A stretch of 64,000 bases of DNA from Syntrophaceae bacterium (GTDB lineage: Bacteria > Desulfobacterota > Desulfomonilia > UBA1062), in contig JBDKSM010000035.1 in the NCBI GenBank assembly GCA_039680665.1, positions 337 through 64,336 of the forward strand, read 5' to 3'. Positions within the stretch are counted from its first letter, which is position 1. The number at the start of each line of letters is the position of its first letter. The translations under genes were made by a program, and so were the position numbers. Shown in pieces: positions 37,548-47,365 of the stretch. The notes beneath the pieces are model-generated. The model searched no databases, was not told the origin of the DNA, and worked only from the letters and a program-made list of their open reading frames with translations.

Positions 37548-38279
37548 TTGAAGGATTTTTTAGCCGGAGTGATCGCACTACAGGACGTTGAGGTTCAGGT
37601 ATTCAAGGCCGAGGCCGGGCTCAAGGATCTGCCCAGGGAGCTGGAAGAAATCGAGAGCATCCTTCAGGCGCGCAAACATGCGCTGGACGGTGCGGATGAG
37701 GAGATCGCCGAGCTCAACAAACGCCGCGAGCCCTTGGAAGTGGAGCTCAAGGAGAACCAGACCATCCTTGACGCCGCCGATGCCCGCATCAAGAAGATCA
37801 AGACCAACAAAGAGTTTCTGGCCTTGCAGCGGGAGATCGACATCGCCAAGAAGCGCAAGGCGGATATCGAGGAGCAGCTGCTGGTCCTGATGGAAAAGAT
37901 CGAGGTGCGCGGCAAGGACCGCGAGCGGATCAACAAGACCTTCCTAGACGACCGCACGGTTCTGGATGTCAAGCGCGACAAGATCCTGGCCAACCAGCTG
38001 GAACTGGAAGGCATTATCGCTTCCTTGCGCAGCCAGGTCGAAAAGCTGCGCGACAAGGTCGAAGTCGGGCTCTTATCCAAGTATGACCGTATCAAGGAAA
38101 AGCGCAAGGGCCTGGTGGTCGTGGAATGCATCGACGGGGTCTGCAAAGGCTGCCATATGCATATCCCGCCCCAGCTCTATAACGAGCTCGTGCGGGCCGA
38201 CCGCCTCATCGTATGCCCGGTCTGCCAGCGTATCCTGTACATCGATACCAAGCAGGAGGCCCCGGCCGCGCATGAGTGA
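37548..38279 (+). CDS. COG1579-type coiled-coil protein with C-terminal C4 zinc ribbon (the usual Nif3 operon partner)
   Basis: Long coiled coil; C-terminal CKGCHMHIPP...CPVCQRILY; non-ATG (TTG) start per the ORF track. Confidence 0.7.
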   Translation: MKDFLAGVIALQDVEVQVFKAEAGLKDLPRELEEIESILQARKHALDGADEEIAELNKRREPLEVELKENQTILDAADARIKKIKTNKEFLALQREIDIAKKRKADIEEQLLVLMEKIEVRGKDRERINKTFLDDRTVLDVKRDKILANQLELEGIIASLRSQVEKLRDKVEVGLLSKYDRIKEKRKGLVVVECIDGVCKGCHMHIPPQLYNELVRADRLIVCPVCQRILYIDTKQEAPAAHE

Positions 38280-39336
38280 CGCCCCGCCCCCTATCAGCAG
38301 GCACGGGAAAACCTTTTTCTACTTCTGCCTGTGCCTCTCGCTGGTCATGGTCTTCCTGGTATGGAAGCCCTTCATCAACACCATCCTTTTAAGTCTGATC
38401 TGCACCGTCGTATTCTTCCCGCTCTATACGCGCCTGCTGGCGGTGGTGCGAAACAGAAAATCCCTGGCCAGCCTCTTGACCTGCCTAATCCTGATCCTGC
38501 TGGTCATCCTGCCGCTGGCCGTTTTGACCGTTTTCCTGGCGCAGGAGGCCACCTACGTCTATACCAACATCACCTCGAATCTCCAACAGGGCTCAATCAT
38601 CATACCCCGCAGCGGGGTTCTGGCCAAGGGACTGGAGATCGTGCAGCGCTATCTCCCCGGTTTGGGGTATTCGCCCGGCACCATGGAATCCCAGGCGCTC
38701 GAGCTCGTCAAGCTGTTCGTGAACTTCATTATGAAGCACTCCACGAGCGTGATCAGCAATGTCACGGGTATGATCCTGAGCTTCTTCCTCCTGATCTTCA
38801 CCCTGTTCTACTTCCTGCGCGACGGCTCTGAATGGCTCGATGATTTCCTGGATGTCATCCCCATGCCCGAGGGCCAGAAACGGCTGATCGTCATAAAATT
38901 CAAGGAAGTCAGCATGTCCACCGTGGTGGGCATTTTATTGACCGCCCTGGCCCAGGGGTTCGTGGCCGGGATCGGGTTCGCCATCGCCGGGATCTCGCCG
39001 GTGCTGTGGGGTACCTCCGTGGCCTTCGCCAGCCTGATACCGGTGGTGGGCGCCGCCATCGTGTGGGTGCCGGCCGGTATTGTCCTGATCGCCACGGGCG
39101 CGTTCAAGGGGGGCATCTTTATCCTGGTCTGGGGAGCGCTGGTGATCTCGAGCCTGGATAATTTCCTGAGGCCCTATCTCATGCGCGGCGGCACACAGGT
39201 AAGCCCGGTCTGGATCCTGTTCTCGATCCTGGGGGGTCTGCAGCTCTTCGGGTTCACCGGCATCCTGATCGGGCCTTTGATCCTCAGCATGGCCATCACC
39301 TTGGTGTCCATCTACCGCGAGGAATACGCGCACTGA
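38272..39336 (+). CDS. AI-2E family transporter (PerM/YdiK, UPF0118)
   Basis: Trimmed to ATG 38272 (MSDAPPPISRHGKTFFYF...). 8-nt overlap ATGAGTGA with the upstream stop; eight predicted TM helices. Confidence 0.8.
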   Translation: MSDAPPPISRHGKTFFYFCLCLSLVMVFLVWKPFINTILLSLICTVVFFPLYTRLLAVVRNRKSLASLLTCLILILLVILPLAVLTVFLAQEATYVYTNITSNLQQGSIIIPRSGVLAKGLEIVQRYLPGLGYSPGTMESQALELVKLFVNFIMKHSTSVISNVTGMILSFFLLIFTLFYFLRDGSEWLDDFLDVIPMPEGQKRLIVIKFKEVSMSTVVGILLTALAQGFVAGIGFAIAGISPVLWGTSVAFASLIPVVGAAIVWVPAGIVLIATGAFKGGIFILVWGALVISSLDNFLRPYLMRGGTQVSPVWILFSILGGLQLFGFTGILIGPLILSMAITLVSIYREEYAH

Positions 39337-39517
39337 TCAGGGCGAATTATGACTATACATCCGGCATGAAATTGGATAAGATTTTTCTAAAGTTTTTTAT
39401 CCGGCGGCCGTATAGGTTATAGAATGGGCACATACGGAAAAACGATCTTTTTCATCATGAAAGCAGCAAGACTTCATTGTAAGGTCAAAAAAATAAACAG
39501 AACAAAGGAGGAATCAT

Positions 39518-39991
39518 ATGGTTCGGTCAGATAAGAAAGGTTTTACGTTAATCGAGTTGATGATCGTGGTCGCGATCATCGGTATCCTGGCGGCCATCGC
39601 CATCCCGGCCTACAGCGACTACACCAAGAAGGCCAAAGTCTCGGAAGTCTCGAACGGTCTTGGCGCGGGCGTAAGCGCGGCCCAGCAGTACCATGGGGAA
39701 GAGGGAAAATGGCCCGATACCCTTGCAGCCGACACCATTTACGACGTATGCCGCAATACCTTCGGGGTGACCCTGCCCACCACCTATGTCGCGGCAAATC
39801 AGTATACTGCGGATACTTTCGATGCAACAACCATTGCCATAAGGGCAACGTTCAACGCCGATCCTCCCCCTACGGGGCTGAAGGCGATCGGCTCGAACGT
39901 GAACTCCAAGTATCTGGTCCTTACCTCAGGCTCCGACGGCGGCTCCCGGACATGGTCCGGAGACCTCGATGCCAAGTATAGGCCGAAATAA
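39518..39991 (+). CDS. Type IV pilin (PilA-like), 157 aa
   Basis: Prepilin leader MVRSDKKG followed by the [24 protein letters not shown] class-III N-terminus; RBS AAAGGAGGAA. Confidence 0.85.
   Translation: MVRSDKKGFTLIELMIVVAIIGILAAIAIPAYSDYTKKAKVSEVSNGLGAGVSAAQQYHGEEGKWPDTLAADTIYDVCRNTFGVTLPTTYVAANQYTADTFDATTIAIRATFNADPPPTGLKAIGSNVNSKYLVLTSGSDGGSRTWSGDLDAKYRPK
39683..39790 (+). repeat. 108-nt block 105/108 identical to 40213..40320 (pilin gene-conversion block, copy 1)
   Basis: Direct comparison: the flanking coding sequence is only ~80% identical. Confidence 0.85.
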
Positions 39992-40008
39992 GACCACTAC
40001 AAACGCTT

Positions 40009-40032
40009 GAGGAGGGGGGCAACCCCCTCCTC
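40009..40032 (+). terminator. Hairpin between the two pilin genes (10-bp GC-rich stem GAGGAGGGGG/CCCCCTCCTC, loop GCAA)
   Basis: Perfect inverted repeat seen directly; no strong U-run, so termination may be partial. Confidence 0.5.
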
Positions 40033-40050
40033 ACCCCATAAAACACAAAT

Positions 40051-40512
40051 ATGATAAAATCAAACCGGGGTTTTACGCTTATCGAACTGATGATCGTGGT
40101 GGCGATCATCGGCATCTTGGCCTCCATTGCCTTGTCGGCCTATGACATCTACACCAAAAAGGCCAAGGTCAGCGAGGTGACAAACGCCTTAGGTTCGTCG
40201 ATGAGTGCGGCGCAGCAGTACCATGGGGAAGAGGGAAAATGGCCCGATACCCTTGCAGCCGACACCATTTACGAAGTATGCCGCAACACCTTCGGGGTCA
40301 CCCTGCCCACCACCTATGTCCAGGCTGACCTGTATACAAGCGCGCAAAATGATACATCCATCGCCATTACGGCTGAGTTCAACGCAACCGGCACGGGTGT
40401 GAAATCGATCGGAACGGGCGTCAACGGCCAGTCGATAACGCTGACCTCGGGCTCCGATGGCGGCAGCCGGACATGGAGCGGAAATCTGGCTTCCAGGTTC
40501 ATGCCCAAGTAA
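40051..40512 (+). CDS. Type IV pilin paralog, 153 aa
   Basis: MIKSNRG followed by [24 protein letters not shown]; shares its N-terminal two thirds and C-terminal tail with the upstream pilin. Confidence 0.85.
   Translation: MIKSNRGFTLIELMIVVAIIGILASIALSAYDIYTKKAKVSEVTNALGSSMSAAQQYHGEEGKWPDTLAADTIYEVCRNTFGVTLPTTYVQADLYTSAQNDTSIAITAEFNATGTGVKSIGTGVNGQSITLTSGSDGGSRTWSGNLASRFMPK
40213..40320 (+). repeat. 108-nt block 105/108 identical to 39683..39790 (copy 2)
   Basis: Direct comparison. Confidence 0.85.
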
Positions 40513-40522
40513 ACAAGGATAT

Positions 40523-40551
40523 ATGAGGAGAGGGGAACACCTTCTCCTCAT
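40523..40551 (+). terminator. Terminator hairpin after the second pilin gene
   Basis: ATGAGGAGAGGG-aacac-CCTTCTCCTCAT (12-bp stem incl. one G-U), followed by AT-rich sequence. Confidence 0.5.
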
Positions 40552-40753
40552 GCAACATATTTAACATTCAATATTATCTCGAGAGATCCAGGTTATTTAT
40601 TGTCCGTAATGATTCCTTTGATACGCCGTCTTAACGTTTCGCAAATTTTTTATCCTTAAGGATGCGAAACGGTTCATCGTGGCATCCTGTCATGCAGTCG
40701 AGCTGCTACGGAGCTTTGATCAGATGTTGCCGATTGCGTTAGGAACGACCCAA

Positions 40754-41959
40754 TCACCGTGACAATGGCGCGTCTTCAAGCAGGGACTTAAGCGTGGTCC
40801 ATTGCGGGCCCTCAAGCATGCGGCCTTGTGCGGTGAAGACCGTGGGAACCCGGGTGACGCCGAGCCTTTGGCTGAGATCGTTCGACCGTGCTAAGCGGGA
40901 CTCGCCGTCTCCACAGCTCAGGGGCTCTGATCCGGCGGGTGGCATCCACTGCTTTGAAAGATAGGTCTCCAGATCGACCTTGCGGCACAGCGCCGCGATC
41001 GCCAACGTTTGGGCCGCGCCCCTGGCCCTGAACAGTACCCGTAGCTCGGTCCCGGTCTCGTCCAAAAGGGGCTTGATTCGTCCCAAAAGGTCCTCGCAGT
41101 AAGGGCAGGTTGGGCTTGCAAAGAGATACAGGACCTGCTTGACCTGGCCCGGCGGGGTATACCGGAAGGCCACCGCCTGGTCGATATCGCGCCTGAGGGC
41201 CTGAAATCTCTGCGTGGCCAACAGCTGCAGTCCTTGGCCGGAGATGTACCTTCGGTCTTGAAACATCCCGCCGGCAATGACAAAGCTTTTCCCCAGGTAG
41301 ACCGGCACGATCTGATTCTCGGTCCTGATCAGGACCTCGCAGAGACCGTTGACCGGCCTTTTCCCCAGCAACACCGGCGCGGTGAACTGCTTATGGCGAT
41401 TAATCGATATCAGGCTCACGCCCTCACAGGGGTCCCGGGTCAGACGTTGGAACAAAAATATCCCGGCTACGCCGAGCACCACCAGCAGTACTATCAGCAC
41501 CCTGTCATTGTTTGCGCTCCGCAAGGCGCGAGACCTTCCGCGCGCGGGCAAGGGGGAAAGGAAAATAAAGACCGCCACGAGCAGCAGGGCAATATCCCGC
41601 ACCAGGTAGATCCAGGAGATCCGCTGGGCCTCCGGGGAGGTGGAAAAACACCCGCAGGAGATATCAAAGCCGCGATAGAGGCTCAAGGCCAAGGCAATCA
41701 GAAAGGCCACGAGCATGGCGGATACGGCCAGGGCGCCGCCTTCCCGACCGATGCCCATGGCGACCGCCAGACCTGCCAGGAGCTCCACCCAGGGCAGCAT
41801 GAGCGCAAAGGCATTGACCGACCAAGGCGGCAGGATACGGTAGGCGGCCACGGCTTGGGCAAAACCGGCAGGATCGGCGATATGGATCAGGCCGGTATAG
41901 ATAAACACCACGCCGATGAGTATGCGTGCCAGACCGTGGGCGATACGGTAGGTGTTCAT
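40754..41959 (-). CDS. Fusion protein: N-terminal MauE/DoxX-like membrane domain (CGCF motif) + C-terminal thioredoxin-fold CxxC domain (SPTCPYCEDL)
   Basis: Trimmed to MNTYRIAHGLARILIGVVFIYTGL. The ORF-track N-terminus overlaps tRNA-Leu antisense and is rejected. Confidence 0.65.
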   Translation of the reverse strand: MNTYRIAHGLARILIGVVFIYTGLIHIADPAGFAQAVAAYRILPPWSVNAFALMLPWVELLAGLAVAMGIGREGGALAVSAMLVAFLIALALSLYRGFDISCGCFSTSPEAQRISWIYLVRDIALLLVAVFIFLSPLPARGRSRALRSANNDRVLIVLLVVLGVAGIFLFQRLTRDPCEGVSLISINRHKQFTAPVLLGKRPVNGLCEVLIRTENQIVPVYLGKSFVIAGGMFQDRRYISGQGLQLLATQRFQALRRDIDQAVAFRYTPPGQVKQVLYLFASPTCPYCEDLLGRIKPLLDETGTELRVLFRARGAAQTLAIAALCRKVDLETYLSKQWMPPAGSEPLSCGDGESRLARSNDLSQRLGVTRVPTVFTAQGRMLEGPQWTTLKSLLEDAPLSR

Positions 41960-42063
41960 AGAAAAAGCATGTCTCACCCGACCAAGCCACCTGTCAATCA
42001 AAATGTACACCCGCAATCCCATATTGACAGCCGTGCAATAGGTTGCTATGACGTGACCGAACT

Positions 42064-42150
42064 GCCGAAGTGGTGGAATTTGGTAGACACGCCATCTTGA
42101 GGGGGTGGTGGGCCAAACCCGTCCGGGTTCAAATCCCGGCTTCGGCACCA
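42064..42150 (+). tRNA. tRNA-Leu (anticodon GAG), long variable arm, CCA encoded
   Basis: Acceptor GCCGAAG/CTTCGGC, anticodon loop TTGAGGG, 15-nt variable arm, T-arm CCGGGTTCAAATCCCGG. Confidence 0.85.
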
Positions 42151-42174
42151 TTTTTATTTTAGAACAGGAAAGGA

Positions 42175-42375
42175 ATGGCTATGGGAAGGGTTTGCGAGAT
42201 ATGCGGCAAGGGGGCGACAAGCGGTAACAATGTCAGCCACGCCAATAATAAGACCAAGCGCCTCTGGATGCCCAATCTCCAGAAGGTAAAGGTCGAGACC
42301 GAGCAGGGCGTGAAGAGCATCAAGGTCTGCACGCAGTGTATCAAGTCAGGCAGGATCAAGAAACGGGCCGCTTAG
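42175..42375 (+). CDS. rpmB: 50S ribosomal protein L28
   Basis: [36 protein letters not shown] matches the L28 pattern. Confidence 0.85.
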   Translation: MAMGRVCEICGKGATSGNNVSHANNKTKRLWMPNLQKVKVETEQGVKSIKVCTQCIKSGRIKKRAA

Positions 42376-44492
42376 GAGGCCTGCAGCCTTTCGATCTTTT
42401 CCACCCCGGATAACCGCCTGACCTTCGCGAAGAGGGCCTCCAGTTCGGCGAGGCTTTTTACCGACACCCTGAATACACACAGCGAGTTGCCGCTGGTCAG
42501 GGAGTGCGCCTTGAGCTTGGTGATATTGATGTGCTGTTCTCCCAGCACGGCCGTGATCGAACCCAGCATGCCCGGTTTGTCCTGACATAAAACAGAAAAT
42601 TCGATCTCGTGAACCTCCTGCGGTTCCCGTTCCCACTCCACGGGCACCAGCCGGTGCGGGTCCTCTTCTTCCACATACGTACAATTGCGACGGTGCACGG
42701 TGATGCCGCGGCCCCGGGTGATATAACCCACGATCTCATCCCCCGGTATGGGCCGGCAACAGCGGGCGAACCGGACCAGGAGGTTTTCCTCGCCCTTGAC
42801 GATAATGCCCGAGCCTTCGGTTTTCTTCTTTCGGAGGGCTTCCTTCTGCTCCTCCGTCTCCTTGGGCGCCTCGGGGGCGATCTTGTGCACGACCTGATGC
42901 ACCGACAGACGGCCGAAACCAATGGCGCCGAAAAGCTCGCCGGCGTCTCTCAAAGCAAAGTCCTTGGCCAGTTGATCGAAATCGATGTCCTTGCGGATAT
43001 GCAGGCTCTTGAGTTTCTTTTCCAGGATTTCGCGCCCCAAGGCCGTGCTCTGCTGAAGCTCCTGAGTCCTCAGCCAGGCCTTGATCTTGGCCGTAGCCCG
43101 CGAGGTCTTGGCGATCCTGAGCCAGTCCTTGCTGGGGTGCTGCTTGCTGGAGCGCATGATCTCGACCACGTCGCCGGTCTTGAGCTTGTACTTCAAGGGC
43201 ACGATCTGGCCGTTGACCTTGGCGCCCGTGCACTGATGGCCAAGCTCGGTATGGATGTTGTACGCGAAATCCAGGGGCGTGGCGCCGGTGGGGAACCGGA
43301 ACACATCGCCCTTGGGGGTGAAGACATAGACCTCTTCGGGATACAGATCGATCTTGACGCTCTCGAGAAACTCGTGCGGGTCGTGGACCTCTTTCTGCCA
43401 TTCGAGCAGCTGGCGCAGCCAGGAGAACTTCTTGCCGTCGCGCTCGTCGAGCCGCGACCCGTCCTTGTAGCGCCAGTGCGCGGCGATGCCCTCGTTGGCG
43501 ATGCGGTCCATCTCCCTGGTCCTGATCTGAAACTCGATCAGCTCGCCGCCGGGCCCAAATATGGTCGTATGCAGAGACTGGTACATGTTGGCCTTGGGCA
43601 TGGCGATAAAATCCTTGATGCGCGGCTGGATGGGTTTCCAGAGCGAGTGGATAATGCCCAGAACCTCATAACACTCCGCCACGCTTTCGAGGATAACCCG
43701 GATGCCCAGGATATCGTAGACCGCCTCGAAGGGAATGCCCTGGCGCTTGAGCTTCATGTAGACACTGTAGACATGCTTGACCCGGCCGTATACCTCGGCA
43801 TTGAGCTCGTGTTTGGCAAGCTCGGCCTCAATCGCTTTCATGATGTCCTTGAGGTAGCCTTCCTTGAGCTTGGCGGCCGCATCGAGTTTGTCCTTGACCG
43901 TGGCATAACCTTCCGGATCGGTGTACCGCAAGCCCAAATCCTCGAGCTCTATCTGCATCCAGTGCATGCCGAGCCGGTTGGCGATCGGGGCGTAGATATC
44001 CAGGGTCTCCTTGGCGATACGCTGCTGCGCGGCGCGGTTGTGGAACTCGAGCGTGCGCATGTTGTGGATACGGTCCGCCAGCTTGATCAGGAGAATCCGC
44101 AGATCCTTGCTGACCGCCAGGATCATCTTGCGGAAGTTTTCGGCCTGCTGCTGCTCCTTGGACATGAAGGCGATCTTGCTGATCTTGGTCAAACCATCCA
44201 CGATTGCAGCCACCTCGGCGCCGAAGGCGGCCTTGATGTCCGCCACGGTCGTAAGGCTGTCCTCGATGGTGTCATGCAGTAAGGCCGCCGTTACCGCCTC
44301 GACGTCCAGATGCATCTTGGCCGCCATATAGGCGACCTCCAGGGGGTGATTGAGGTATGGTTCGCCGCTCAAGCGCGTCTGCCCCTGGTGCACCCGGGCG
44401 GAAAAGACATAGGCCTTCTCTATGATGCGCTTGTCGGCCTCGGGGATATACGCCGAGACCTCATCAAGAATGTCGTTGATCCTGATTGTCAA
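42372..44492 (-). CDS. rel: Bifunctional (p)ppGpp synthetase/hydrolase (RelA/SpoT homolog): HD, synthetase, TGS, ACT domains
   Basis: HD motif HDTIEDS, synthetase region [21 protein letters not shown]-terminal TGS/ACT. Confidence 0.9.
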   Translation of the reverse strand: MTIRINDILDEVSAYIPEADKRIIEKAYVFSARVHQGQTRLSGEPYLNHPLEVAYMAAKMHLDVEAVTAALLHDTIEDSLTTVADIKAAFGAEVAAIVDGLTKISKIAFMSKEQQQAENFRKMILAVSKDLRILLIKLADRIHNMRTLEFHNRAAQQRIAKETLDIYAPIANRLGMHWMQIELEDLGLRYTDPEGYATVKDKLDAAAKLKEGYLKDIMKAIEAELAKHELNAEVYGRVKHVYSVYMKLKRQGIPFEAVYDILGIRVILESVAECYEVLGIIHSLWKPIQPRIKDFIAMPKANMYQSLHTTIFGPGGELIEFQIRTREMDRIANEGIAAHWRYKDGSRLDERDGKKFSWLRQLLEWQKEVHDPHEFLESVKIDLYPEEVYVFTPKGDVFRFPTGATPLDFAYNIHTELGHQCTGAKVNGQIVPLKYKLKTGDVVEIMRSSKQHPSKDWLRIAKTSRATAKIKAWLRTQELQQSTALGREILEKKLKSLHIRKDIDFDQLAKDFALRDAGELFGAIGFGRLSVHQVVHKIAPEAPKETEEQKEALRKKKTEGSGIIVKGEENLLVRFARCCRPIPGDEIVGYITRGRGITVHRRNCTYVEEEDPHRLVPVEWEREPQEVHEIEFSVLCQDKPGMLGSITAVLGEQHINITKLKAHSLTSGNSLCVFRVSVKSLAELEALFAKVRRLSGVEKIERLQAS

Positions 44493-44518
44493 GGAAAGTG
44501 GTCCTTTGCCTTTTTAGC

Positions 44519-46234
44519 TCAAAACCCCCGACCCGGCCGTATCTTTGTCTGTATGAATGCCATGACGCCTTCAGGCGAGAGCTTATCGACCACGCCCGTG
44601 GCGCGCTCCTTGATCTCGACCACGCCTTCGGCCAGCCCCTTGGCGCCGACCGTGACGCGTAACGGCACGCCCAGCAGATCCGCGTCCTTGAACTTGACGC
44701 CGGGTCTTAAGTCGCGGTCGTCGAGCAGGGCCTCGATGCCTTGGGCGTGCAAGGCCTCGTAGAGGTCGAAAGCCACCCGCATGACCTCGTCCGACTTGAT
44801 GTCGATCGGCAGGACCAGAACCGGATAGGGCGCCAGGGGCAGGGGGAAAATGATGCCGTTGTCGTCATGGTGCTGTTCCAATGCGGCGGCCACCACCCGG
44901 CTGACGCCGATGCCGTAGCACCCCATGATCATGGGCTTGAGCACCCCGGTCTCATCCAGGAACTCGGCGTGCATGGCCTTGGAATACTTGGTACCGAGCT
45001 TGAAGATATGCCCGACCTCGATGCCCCGGATGGCCGTCAAGGTTCCATCGCATTTCGGGCAGGCATCGCCCGGCAGCGCCACGCGGATGTCGGCTATTTT
45101 CGTGACGCGCGCATCGCGGACAAGCCAGACATCGCTAAGGTGATAGTCCGCCTCGTTGGCGCCGGTGACATAGGGCCCGCCGGTCAAGGACATGTCCGCG
45201 ATCATCGGCACCGACAGGCCCACCGGCCCGGCAAAACCGCGCGGGGCGCCCGTACACTTGGCGATTGCCTCTTCATCGGCCAGTTCCAGGGTCTCGACCC
45301 CCAGGCAACGCTTGAGCTTGGCCTCGTTCACCTCGTGATCCCCGCGCACCAGGGCGGCCGCGACCCCCTGCTCCGTGGTGTAGATCATGGTTTTGACCAG
45401 GCCCTGAGGTTCGATTCCCAGCAAAGCGCAGACCTCCTCCACGGTGCGGTGCTCGGGCGTATGCACCTTGCGCGGGCTGCCGGCCGGGGCCGGCGCGAAA
45501 GCCAGCTCCTCAGGAGGCCTGTTTTCGGCCTTCTCGAAGTTGGCGGCATAGCTGCAGGCCGTGCAGCTCAGGATGACATCCTCGCCGGTGGCCGCCAGGA
45601 CCATAAACTCATGCGAGAAGTTGCCGCCGATCGGGCCGGTGTCGGCCTCGACCGCCTTGAAGTGAAGCCCGCAGCGCGTGAATATGCGCTCATAGGCCTT
45701 GTACATGGCGTCATAGCTTTTTTCAGCCGCCTCATCGTCCTGATCAAAGGAGTAGGCGTCTTTCATGATGAATTCGCGGGCGCGCATGACGCCGAAGCGC
45801 GGGCGGATCTCGTCCCGGAACTTGGTCTGGATCTGGTAGAGGGTGATGGGCATGTCCTTATAGGAATTCACCTCGCCGCGCACCAGGTCGGTGATGACCT
45901 CTTCATGCGTGGGGCCCAGGGCGAACTCCGCGCCCTTGCGGTCCTTGAAACGCAGCAGTTCCTTGCCGTAGAGCTCCCAGCGGCCGCTTTCCTTCCAGAC
46001 CTCGGCGGGCTGCACGCCCGGCATCAGGACCTCCTGGGCGCCGGCGGCGTTCATCTCTTCGCGTACGATGGCCTCCACCTTGCGCAATGCCTTGAGACCA
46101 TAGGGCAGGTAGGAATAGATCCCGCTGGCAAGCTTCTTGATCATGGCGGCGCGCAGCATGAGCTTATGGCTGAGCACCTCGGCGTCGCGCGGTTCTTCCT
46201 TGAGAGTATGCAGGAACAGGTGTGAGAGTCTCAT
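44519..46234 (-). CDS. proS: Proline--tRNA ligase (bacterial type with editing domain)
   Basis: [44 protein letters not shown]. Confidence 0.9.
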   Translation of the reverse strand: MRLSHLFLHTLKEEPRDAEVLSHKLMLRAAMIKKLASGIYSYLPYGLKALRKVEAIVREEMNAAGAQEVLMPGVQPAEVWKESGRWELYGKELLRFKDRKGAEFALGPTHEEVITDLVRGEVNSYKDMPITLYQIQTKFRDEIRPRFGVMRAREFIMKDAYSFDQDDEAAEKSYDAMYKAYERIFTRCGLHFKAVEADTGPIGGNFSHEFMVLAATGEDVILSCTACSYAANFEKAENRPPEELAFAPAPAGSPRKVHTPEHRTVEEVCALLGIEPQGLVKTMIYTTEQGVAAALVRGDHEVNEAKLKRCLGVETLELADEEAIAKCTGAPRGFAGPVGLSVPMIADMSLTGGPYVTGANEADYHLSDVWLVRDARVTKIADIRVALPGDACPKCDGTLTAIRGIEVGHIFKLGTKYSKAMHAEFLDETGVLKPMIMGCYGIGVSRVVAAALEQHHDDNGIIFPLPLAPYPVLVLPIDIKSDEVMRVAFDLYEALHAQGIEALLDDRDLRPGVKFKDADLLGVPLRVTVGAKGLAEGVVEIKERATGVVDKLSPEGVMAFIQTKIRPGRGF

Positions 46235-47295
46235 GACGGTGTCTCCTTCTCGATGGCTTGTAGCAGTGCGGGCACGATCTCGGATATCGCAATGCGCCTT
46301 AATGGGTGGCCCTTGACGAAGAGCATGGCGCCTTTTTTATCGCAGGCCACTCCCAGGTCGGCGTCGCGCGCCTCGCCGGGGCCATTGACGATGCAGCCCA
46401 TGACGGCCACGACCAGATGGGTCTTGATGCCTGAGACGGCCTCTTCCACTTGCGCGGCAATGGTGGGGATATCGGCGCAGGCCCTGGCGCAGGTAGGACA
46501 GGCGATGACCCGAATACCCTGGCTGCGCAGCCCCAGGCATTCGAGCAGGATATTGCCGGCCATGACCTCGCGCACCGGGTCGGCCGAAAGGGACACGCGG
46601 ATGGTGTCGCCGATGCCTTCGTACAGCAGGACGCCCATGCCGGCGGAGCTCCGGATGGAGCCGGAAAAGAGGGTGCCGGCCTCGGTCACCCCCAGGTGCA
46701 GGGGCCACTTCGAGAGCGCGGCGTATCTTCGGTAGGCCTCGACGGTCTCGCGCACATCCGAGCTCTTGAGCGAGACCTTGATGGCATGCACGCCCAGGTC
46801 TTCGAGCAGCACCACCTGCTCGCGGGCGCTTTCGACCAGGGCGCCGACCCGGTCTTCGCCGAAGCGGTTGAGCAGGTCGCGTTTGATCGAACCCATATTG
46901 ACGCCCACGCGGATCGGGATCCCACGAGCGATGGCCGCTTTTGCCACGGCCTTGACCTTGTCTTTCGCTCCGATATTGCCGGGGTTGATGCGGATGGCGT
47001 CCGCGCCGGCCTCGATGGCGCCGATAGCCAGTTGGTAGTCAAAGTGGATATCGGCCACCACCGGAATCGTGGCAGCGCGCTTGATGGCGGCAAAGGCCGC
47101 CAGGGACTCGGTATCCGGGATGCTGACGCGCACGATATCGCAGCCGGCCGCCGCCAGGGCCTGAATTTGGGCGATGGTGGCCTCGGCATCGCTGGTGAGC
47201 GTATTGGTCATGGACTGGACCGATACGGCCGCACCGCCGCCGATGGGGACCCGCCCGATAGAGATCGCTGCCGTTTGTTGACGATGCGGGGTCAT
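46231..47295 (-). CDS. ispG: 4-hydroxy-3-methylbut-2-en-1-yl diphosphate synthase (GcpE)
   Basis: [20 protein letters not shown]...RVSIPD; start taken at MTPHRQQ (ATG 47293-47295); 4-nt overlap with proS. Confidence 0.85.
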   Translation of the reverse strand: MTPHRQQTAAISIGRVPIGGGAAVSVQSMTNTLTSDAEATIAQIQALAAAGCDIVRVSIPDTESLAAFAAIKRAATIPVVADIHFDYQLAIGAIEAGADAIRINPGNIGAKDKVKAVAKAAIARGIPIRVGVNMGSIKRDLLNRFGEDRVGALVESAREQVVLLEDLGVHAIKVSLKSSDVRETVEAYRRYAALSKWPLHLGVTEAGTLFSGSIRSSAGMGVLLYEGIGDTIRVSLSADPVREVMAGNILLECLGLRSQGIRVIACPTCARACADIPTIAAQVEEAVSGIKTHLVVAVMGCIVNGPGEARDADLGVACDKKGAMLFVKGHPLRRIAISEIVPALLQAIEKETPS

Positions 47296-47365
47296 CCTTG
47301 ATGAAGTACCACATCCTCCTAGAAGACTCAAGATTGTTGCGCGGTTTCACGATAAGAATCCTACG

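Noticed and set aside
37966-39336. 456-aa ORF-track call for the AI-2E transporter and 699-aa call (61302..63401) for the synthase
   Set aside because: The N-terminal parts overlap the preceding genes. Internal ATGs at 38272 and 61491 give the expected family N-termini, the latter with an AAGGAGG RBS.
39337-39517. Sigma54 (-24/-12) promoter upstream of the first pilin gene
   Set aside because: A TGGGCAC element exists (39440s) but the required GC/TTGC element 10 bp downstream is absent (GAAAA instead). Only an AT-rich region with a good RBS is supportable.
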